A stretch of 64,000 bases of DNA from Candidatus Hydrogenedentota bacterium. GTDB lineage: Bacteria; Hydrogenedentota; Hydrogenedentia; Hydrogenedentales; SLHB01. Below the pieces are notes generated by a model. The model was not told the DNA's origin, did no database searches, and worked only from the letters and a program-made list of their open reading frames with translations. Both the position numbers and the translations under genes were made by a program. The DNA lies in assembly GCA_963668025.2 (NCBI GenBank), contig CAXXTH010000014.1, forward strand, positions 32,001 to 96,000. The letters run 5' to 3'. This document shows, piece after piece, positions 57,581-64,000 of the stretch. Positions within the stretch are counted from its first letter, which is position 1; each line of letters opens with the position of its first letter.

Positions 57581-59047
57581 TTAGCTTCGCATGCGCTCAA
57601 TCAGATTCGTCGTGGATTGTCCTTCCACGCCGGGAAGCAAGGCGATGCGCCCGCCATAACCTTCAATCAACCGCCGCTCTTCCTGGTTAATGGTGTCGAT
57701 GGTGTAATCGCCGCCTTTCGCATAGACATCCGGTTTCAATCGTTGGAGCGCCATGACCGTCGTCGGTTCGCTGAATAAGACCACATAATCCACGCACGCG
57801 AGCGCCGACAACACCATGGCGCGTTCGTGTTCCGGCATGACCGGCCGCGAAGGGCCTTTGATGGCGCGCACCGATGCATCGGAATTCATGCCCACCACCA
57901 GCACATCCCCTTCACTCGCCGCCCCTTGCAGATACAGCACATGCCCGGCATGGAGGATATCGAAACAGCCATTGGTCCACACCACGCGCTTGCCTTCCGC
58001 TTGAAGCCGAGGCGCCAGCGCCTCAAGTTCCTCGATGGTCCGCAGCTTCGCCGGTTTTTCTTCAGTGAAAGCGGCTTCCAACTCGGCCCGGGTGACGGCG
58101 GCCGCACCTGCTTGGCGGACGGCGATCCCAGCGGCGGCATTTCCCAACAAGGCCGCCTCTTCAAACGTGCCGCCAGCGGCCAGACCCAGCGCAAGCGCCG
58201 CCGTCAAGGTATCGCCCGCGCCGGTGGTGTCCACGACATGGCGCGCGGATGTGGCGGCAGGCACATGAGACACGCGTCCATCCTGCTCAAAACACATAAT
58301 GCCTTTTTCACTGCGCGTGATGGCCACTCGCTGCGCCACCCGCAACAGCCTGCCGCCCGCTTCCTGTATCGAGCCGTCATCCACATGCGCCAGGCCCACG
58401 GCGCGGCACGCCTCATATGCATTGGGTGTTAGCACATCGAATCCCGCAAAATCGGCGGCCTGGCCGCGCGAATCGGCCACCGTGAGCAGCCCATGCTTTC
58501 GGGCGCACTCCACAATCGTGCGCCGGACAAGCTCCGACGCCACCGCACCCGCTTGGTCGCCCACGATAATCGCCGTGGCTTGGGACGCCCGCTCCTCAAT
58601 GAACGCGGCAATCTGCTCTTCCATCGCACGGGAAAGCGGCGTGGGAGGGGGGGTATCCATGCGAAGGATCTCTTGCGGAGGCCCGCTCGGAACGGACGCC
58701 TTCAGTTTCCCATACGTATTCGTCGGCCGGGACGCATCAGGCATCATGCCGCTGATATCGACTCCCGCACCCAATAATGCTTCCAGCAGCGCCTTGCCAT
58801 TCGAGTCATCCCCTACAACGCCAATCGCACAGACGGACGCGCCCATCGCCGCCGCGTTGCGCGCCAAATTGCCCGCCGCGCCTGGATTATGCCGCCGTTC
58901 CCGCCACTCAAAGATCGGCACGGGGGCTTCCAAGCTCACCCCCGACAGCACGCCCATGATGACTTCATCCAAATAATAGTCGCCAACCACAAGAATGCGC
59001 GCGGACGAAAAAAACGATAGAAGCTCAACCACCCGTTCATAAGTCAT
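57581..59047 (-). CDS. hldE: Bifunctional heptose-7-phosphate kinase / heptose-1-phosphate adenylyltransferase
   Basis: SLEAPVP, DTTGAGD (PfkB); TNGCFDILHAGH, NSDASVR, KGGDY, STT. Confidence 0.92.
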   Translation of the reverse strand: MTYERVVELLSFFSSARILVVGDYYLDEVIMGVLSGVSLEAPVPIFEWRERRHNPGAAGNLARNAAAMGASVCAIGVVGDDSNGKALLEALLGAGVDISGMMPDASRPTNTYGKLKASVPSGPPQEILRMDTPPPTPLSRAMEEQIAAFIEERASQATAIIVGDQAGAVASELVRRTIVECARKHGLLTVADSRGQAADFAGFDVLTPNAYEACRAVGLAHVDDGSIQEAGGRLLRVAQRVAITRSEKGIMCFEQDGRVSHVPAATSARHVVDTTGAGDTLTAALALGLAAGGTFEEAALLGNAAAGIAVRQAGAAAVTRAELEAAFTEEKPAKLRTIEELEALAPRLQAEGKRVVWTNGCFDILHAGHVLYLQGAASEGDVLVVGMNSDASVRAIKGPSRPVMPEHERAMVLSALACVDYVVLFSEPTTVMALQRLKPDVYAKGGDYTIDTINQEERRLIEGYGGRIALLPGVEGQSTTNLIERMRS

Positions 59048-59187
59048 AAAACTGCTCCCGTGAATGATTTGGTACGATTCGGAGATATTAAACGTGAAAA
59101 CGTCCAATGAACTCAATTTCCCATTGGTTATACCCCGAAACCAAATGAAAGGTGGCAAATAGCGACAACGCCGGGCAGGCATTTGGC

Positions 59188-61626
59188 CTAAGCGGGCGCG
59201 TTTAGGCCCATCTGTTCATCGAAATAGGCCAGCGCTTCCTGGCCACCGAACTCTTTGTCTTGCAGATAGGCCGCCTCGCGCACTTGGCACAGAATCGTGG
59301 GTAGATAGGTCCGGCTCAGATCCCACCACAGCCGATGAAATTGAAGCTTCTCCCCTCCATCGACCTCCGGATGCAACAGGTGCTGGCTTGTATAACGTGA
59401 ACCCAGATTGTTTATGATAACCAGGTATATGCGCCCGTATTCAGCCGAATAGCCGATGGCGCATTTCAGGTGGCTGCGAGACTGCTCGATCAGTTTCTCC
59501 CGGTTGCCATCTCCTTCCGTGGCATTCCGCGCCGCGTTGGCTTGTACCAAAGCCAGGTGATACTCCCGGAACAGATGCGCCAATTGGTTCGTGGCCTTGG
59601 CCACTCGAGCAAGATACTGGAGTTCCGGCTCGTCCGGCTGTGCCTTAAGCGCCTTGGCCGTCATCGCCTCTGCCCGCTCCGCGATGGCTATCGCCTCGCG
59701 GACCTCGAACCGTTCCAGCCACTTCCCCACTTGCGCTGGAGTGGCTTTCTGTAGATCCTCGGGCTGCGGGGCATGGGCCATCATGAATCCGCCCGAGGCA
59801 ATCCCATCCACAGGGCCTGTAAGCCCGATCTGGGCAAAGGGGGCCATATCCACCGCCCAAGGCTTGCCATACGGGCCCCAGCGGTACATATCATAGCTTT
59901 CACTGCACGAAGGTTGTAGAAAGAAGGCGCTCGTAATTTTGTCCGTGCCTTCGAGCGCTTGATGCATGTAGTTCCCGGCATCATCCCCATATTTAGCCCG
60001 GCACCAGTTGCGTATGTATTTGTGGGCATCCAAATCCGGATGCCAGTAGGCCACTTCCATTCCGGCGACCGGGCTCGTACAGCCGATCAGCCCTTGCCCG
60101 GGCTGCACGAACGTGCGCAGCTTCTCCAGGTATAACGGCAAAGCCCAGGACAAGTGCGATTCAACGGGCGATAGGGGCGCAACGACTCCCGGGCCTCCGG
60201 CTTCGTAATAATGAAAAAGGAAATATAAAGGCACCTGCTGGCCCAACATCGTCGAATCCGGCGAAAACCAGTTCTGGAAATCTCCGCCCGGAGGCGTGGT
60301 TAGCCGCATGATGATCGCTTCCATATCCTTGCCCAACCTATGAGTGATCTCCCGGAAGCCTACGGTGGGGTCAGTTCGATACTCTGGCTGCTGCATGGAA
60401 ATCATGCCCGGCAATGCGTGTTCGCGCATCATGAACCGTATCTCCGGCTTCACCGCCCGGGCGGTATCCATGGCCAGTTGCGCATAGTCCACGATTCTGT
60501 CCACCATGGGGTAGTTCTTGCACTTGTCGCACGCGCAATTCAGTTCTCCGCCCATGTCCGAGAACTGGAGTATGATCATGTCCAATTCGGGATATGTCTC
60601 GACAAATTCCTTGATCCCAGCCACGGCGAATTTGCGCGTGGCCTCGTTGGAAGGACAGAGATTGCATCTCAGCCCGCCGGGAGTGGCCAGTATGCCGGGG
60701 TGGGCCTTCGACAGCGCCTGCCGATACTCCTCGTCGTTATTTCGCGAAGCGCACGAGAGGAAGCCCAACGGATTGATCACCATGGCCGTCAAAGCGCCAT
60801 ATTTTTTGGCGTTAGCGAATTTTTCATGCAGCCTGGCCTGTTGGCTGAGTATATACTCGCGTTTTTGTTCGCCGCCAAGCTCCGGAAAATCGGGATAGAA
60901 GATCGTGCCGGGCCAATAGTCATCGAAAGACATGGAGACGTTCAGACGCATTCGTCCGATCAGCGAGTAGGGTTCATCCACAAATGTATGCAGCGCCCAG
61001 CTTCGATATCTCACTCTCGGCACAAATGTGTCATCGAGCAGCGGAATCCCCCGCTTAGTGGTCCTCTCTTCCAATTCATACGCGCCGTACATCGCCCCTC
61101 GCTCCGAGGAGGCCGTTACCAATATAAGTCGCCGCCCGCTTTCGGTGATTGGCTTGATGATGTAGCCATCGCCGTTCATGGTGGTGTCATCGACCGCCAG
61201 GCCATGCTTCTGGGCAAGCGACGCCACCAGTCGGCTGCCGCTCATAGTTCCCATCAGTACTACATCGCCGCCCGCCGTCGTAAGTTCGAGTTTGTCCGTG
61301 TCCGCGTCAATCTCGACAATGCCCGGCTGGCCCAACTCCAGCGCCAGAACCGATTGTCTGAGCGCTTCGGCGCCCACGCGCACGCAAGCCGGCGATGACT
61401 TGGGGATAATGATTGCGTCAAGTCTCGTGCTCCAGACGGGCTGTTCGAGCAAATCGTCGCGAGAGAACCTCAGCACGAAAGGCCTATCCGGGTAGGCAAG
61501 CGGGAGCACGGCCTCGCCCGCCATCCGTTCGCTGTAATCGTAGGCATATGACTCGACATCCAGCGCAACCACCAGCAACGTACAGAAACCCAAAACACGC
61601 GCTATGTTGCGCCAATCCCTATTCAT
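59188..61626 (-). CDS. Secreted putative glycoside hydrolase (GH67/GH115-like N-domain plus TIM-barrel-like region)
   Basis: Signal peptide; DGYII...SERGAMYGAYEL...PRVRYR; LCPSN; CACDKC. Confidence 0.6.
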   Translation of the reverse strand: MNRDWRNIARVLGFCTLLVVALDVESYAYDYSERMAGEAVLPLAYPDRPFVLRFSRDDLLEQPVWSTRLDAIIIPKSSPACVRVGAEALRQSVLALELGQPGIVEIDADTDKLELTTAGGDVVLMGTMSGSRLVASLAQKHGLAVDDTTMNGDGYIIKPITESGRRLILVTASSERGAMYGAYELEERTTKRGIPLLDDTFVPRVRYRSWALHTFVDEPYSLIGRMRLNVSMSFDDYWPGTIFYPDFPELGGEQKREYILSQQARLHEKFANAKKYGALTAMVINPLGFLSCASRNNDEEYRQALSKAHPGILATPGGLRCNLCPSNEATRKFAVAGIKEFVETYPELDMIILQFSDMGGELNCACDKCKNYPMVDRIVDYAQLAMDTARAVKPEIRFMMREHALPGMISMQQPEYRTDPTVGFREITHRLGKDMEAIIMRLTTPPGGDFQNWFSPDSTMLGQQVPLYFLFHYYEAGGPGVVAPLSPVESHLSWALPLYLEKLRTFVQPGQGLIGCTSPVAGMEVAYWHPDLDAHKYIRNWCRAKYGDDAGNYMHQALEGTDKITSAFFLQPSCSESYDMYRWGPYGKPWAVDMAPFAQIGLTGPVDGIASGGFMMAHAPQPEDLQKATPAQVGKWLERFEVREAIAIAERAEAMTAKALKAQPDEPELQYLARVAKATNQLAHLFREYHLALVQANAARNATEGDGNREKLIEQSRSHLKCAIGYSAEYGRIYLVIINNLGSRYTSQHLLHPEVDGGEKLQFHRLWWDLSRTYLPTILCQVREAAYLQDKEFGGQEALAYFDEQMGLNAPA

Positions 61627-61680
61627 CGAATCCGTCCTCCCTTACCGTGTGGATGCGGACACAACGGCCTCATCCTAAGT

Positions 61681-61720
61681 TTGACACCTCAATGAGATAC
61701 AAGCAGAATAGAGAACGTTC
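61681..61720 (+). promoter_or_regulatory. Promoter with a LacI-like palindrome
   Basis: TTGACA-17-CAGAAT followed by GAACGTTC (61713-61720). Confidence 0.45.
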
Positions 61721-61802
61721 ATAACTCGCTTCAAGATCCTGGGGGATCAACAATGTTGTGCTGCACAAAATGTCTCGTGTGTTCGAGACGCGGAGGTTCA
61801 GG

Positions 61803-62885
61803 ATGAAACGTATACTCACGGTCTCTGTGATATTCACGTTCTTAGCCACATATTCGATGGCAAGCATTGCTGAATCTAGCCACGAGGAAGCGCCGAAGAC
61901 TCGGCAGATGCGATACTCGCCTCGAAGCGAAGCCGACGCGCTGCAATGGCAGACACAGCTCCGTACAGAACTTTTCCGTGTATTGAAAATCGACGATCTG
62001 GCCGCACGGCAGACGCCTATTCCGTTCGCGGAGGAATGTACGTCGTCAACGGACATGAAGACCTACCGCACCAAAGAACTGCAAATACAGCTCACCCCTA
62101 CGCGGCGCATACCGATCATCCTGACCCTCCCGCCAGCGGACGCCAAAGGCCCATTTCCGGCGGTGGTGTGCATCAACGGGCATGGCGGCGACCGCCACAG
62201 CCCGTATTTCCAGGAGACATTCAAACGGGAAAGCGATATCGCGGCGCAGGACCAGGCCTACAGCGGATTCGGGACCTTGCTGGCGGAACGAGGGTTCGTC
62301 ACCGTGTCGACGGACATGGATGTCCGCACGGAAAGCACTGATCACAAAGTGTTTGACTCGGCTCGAACGTTGATGGGAGAACGGCTCTGGTGCGCCATGC
62401 GGTGTGTGGATTATGTCGCATCTCTACCGGACGTGGATGCATCGCGGATTGGCTGCGCGGGACTCTCGCTGGGCGGTGAGATGGCGATGTGGCTTGCTGC
62501 GATGGATACCCGCGTATCCGCTTGTGTGAGCTGCGGCTTCCTGGGCTACATGGAGGACTATGAAAAGTACAACGCCTGTCCCTGCTGGAAAGCTCCGGGG
62601 CTGCAAGAGCTGATTGACTTTCCTGATTTAGGTTCGCTGGCCGCGCCGCGCCCGCTTCAGTGCCAGATAGGCTATCAAGAGAGCGGTTCACTGACTACAT
62701 CCGCAGCCCGGCGCGCGATGGAGGAGGTCCGGCAAACCTACGTTGATCTTGGCAAGCCCGAGAACGCCATTCTAGATATTCATGGGGGCGGCCACGTGGT
62801 GGATACGCCCTCTTTGATCTGGTTCCTCGAAAAGCACCTTATACCTCCACCGGCTGTCTTTAACCCGTGGTGGAAGGACCGGTAG
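61803..62885 (+). CDS. Secreted alpha/beta hydrolase (acetyl-xylan-esterase/dienelactone-hydrolase-like)
   Basis: Signal peptide; RIGCAGLSLGG, APRPL, GGGH. Confidence 0.85.
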   Translation: MKRILTVSVIFTFLATYSMASIAESSHEEAPKTRQMRYSPRSEADALQWQTQLRTELFRVLKIDDLAARQTPIPFAEECTSSTDMKTYRTKELQIQLTPTRRIPIILTLPPADAKGPFPAVVCINGHGGDRHSPYFQETFKRESDIAAQDQAYSGFGTLLAERGFVTVSTDMDVRTESTDHKVFDSARTLMGERLWCAMRCVDYVASLPDVDASRIGCAGLSLGGEMAMWLAAMDTRVSACVSCGFLGYMEDYEKYNACPCWKAPGLQELIDFPDLGSLAAPRPLQCQIGYQESGSLTTSAARRAMEEVRQTYVDLGKPENAILDIHGGGHVVDTPSLIWFLEKHLIPPPAVFNPWWKDR

Positions 62886-63004
62886 TCCTTTCCACCCGGT
62901 TATGCCGCGCCTTGAATGGCGGCATTCTTTTCGGCTTCGCGCGAAATATAGTAGTATAGAATTAGGCTTTACCTTTTGCGCCATATTCCATATAACAACC
63001 GCCG

Positions 63005-63056
63005 GGGCGGCGATCCCGCACTTTTTGCTGATAAGCAATGTGTGGAACCGCCGCCC
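63005..63056. terminator. Long hairpin between convergent genes
   Basis: GGGCGGCG...TTGCT-GATA-AGCAA...CGCCGCCC. Confidence 0.55.
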
Positions 63057-63086
63057 TCGCTGCTCATTTTTCCTATAGTGCGCTGC

Positions 63087-64000
63087 TTACCAGTCTGTCC
63101 TGTTGGGCTTTCCTATTTTGACCAGCACGACACCATGCAGCGGCACGGATGCGGTGAAAGCTCCATCGAATTTACCCAGGTCTTTCTTTTTCCAAAGGTC
63201 ACGAACAGGCTGCTTGCCGCTGATTCCTACATCCGGCCATTTCACCGTGATATCCGTTTGCGCTTCTCCACGATTGAATAGCGCGACAGCAATCGTTCCA
63301 TCCCAAAGTGGGCGGCTCCATATCTCCGTATCGCCGTTCTTGACTTTGCTTCCGGCGGGTTTGCCTAGAGGATCTTGGTCCACATCCAGCACTTCATCGT
63401 TGGTGACTAAGTCGAGCGTAAACGGATCGAGTTGGGATAAGTCACAGCCCAGCAAGAGAGGCGATGCGGTCATGCACCACAGCGTAAAATGCGAAAATTG
63501 CTCGTCATGAGTCAGCCGGTTGTCGCGGGGCGTGCCCCAGCCCACTTTGCCGACCACGAGCATATCCGGATCATTCCAATGCCCAGGCCCGGCATATTGC
63601 TCGAGGCCGTCCAGGAAGAACCCGAGGTTTGCGACGGGCCAAGAGTAACCGGTCGGCTCTGCTTTATACCATTCGTCTGTAATGTCTGTATGGGTCCGCC
63701 AACAGTTGGCGCCCGCCACCTCGGCTCCCCATTTCCACACCTCCATACAGCCATACTGGCACATGCTATAAACGATATCTCGCTCGCACTTATCCAGCGC
63801 TTTGCGCATGATGATATACGGCCGCTGCCCCTCTTCGAGATGGTTGGCTCCGGGAGCCTTGATTCTCTCCTCAAAGATTTTTGTATAGGTGCATAGATCA
63901 TACTTCAGGTAGTCAATCCCCCAACTGGCGAAAGTCAGGGCGTCTTGGTCTTCGTGCTCGTAGCTGCCTTCCGTGCCTCCGCAGCCCTTCGGTCCTGGCG
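63087..64000 (-). CDS. GH27 alpha-galactosidase, 3' part (starts beyond the right edge)
   Basis: Frame is open to the window edge: DALTFASWGIDYLKYDLC; then WRTHTDI, GPGHWNDPDML, SPLLLGCD, DQDPLG. Confidence 0.93.
   Translation of the reverse strand, partial: PGPKGCGGTEGSYEHEDQDALTFASWGIDYLKYDLCTYTKIFEERIKAPGANHLEEGQRPYIIMRKALDKCERDIVYSMCQYGCMEVWKWGAEVAGANCWRTHTDITDEWYKAEPTGYSWPVANLGFFLDGLEQYAGPGHWNDPDMLVVGKVGWGTPRDNRLTHDEQFSHFTLWCMTASPLLLGCDLSQLDPFTLDLVTNDEVLDVDQDPLGKPAGSKVKNGDTEIWSRPLWDGTIAVALFNRGEAQTDITVKWPDVGISGKQPVRDLWKKKDLGKFDGAFTASVPLHGVVLVKIGKPNRTDW

Noticed and set aside
1-64000. CRISPR array, tRNA, rRNA, prophage or integrase genes
   Set aside because: No regularly spaced repeat-spacer pattern, cloverleaf, rRNA-like segment or phage/integrase motif was seen by eye.

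Overview
Bacterial chromosome window with a GC-rich backbone. Gene content and C-terminal sorting tails tentatively suggest a lineage such as Ca. Hydrogenedentes (inference only). From left to right: the 5' part of lipA; a visibly AT-richer accessory islet (~600-3684) with a PIN-domain gene split by a 19-bp tandem duplication, a cryptic middle region, and a fusion of a Cys/His zincin-like domain with a nucleoside-deoxyribosyltransferase/TIR-like domain (candidate anti-phage locus); an IS5/IS1182-like element interrupted by a nested IS4-family element with a probable recoding site; a metX-metW fusion; EAL-CBS-GGDEF; trpB2; a sodium:solute symporter; thiL/nnrD; an M48 protease; a small glycosyltransferase cluster; two signalling modules; msrA; a complete Thermus-order V/A-ATPase operon ending in a PTS IIA gene; two secreted proteins with C-terminal anchors; a UROD-family gene; a second, intact IS copy upstream of lexA; an orphan minimal flagellin; hldE; and a carbohydrate-use cluster ending in a partial GH27. 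No rRNA, tRNA or CRISPR array was seen. All product calls come from motif recognition by eye; no database searches were run.
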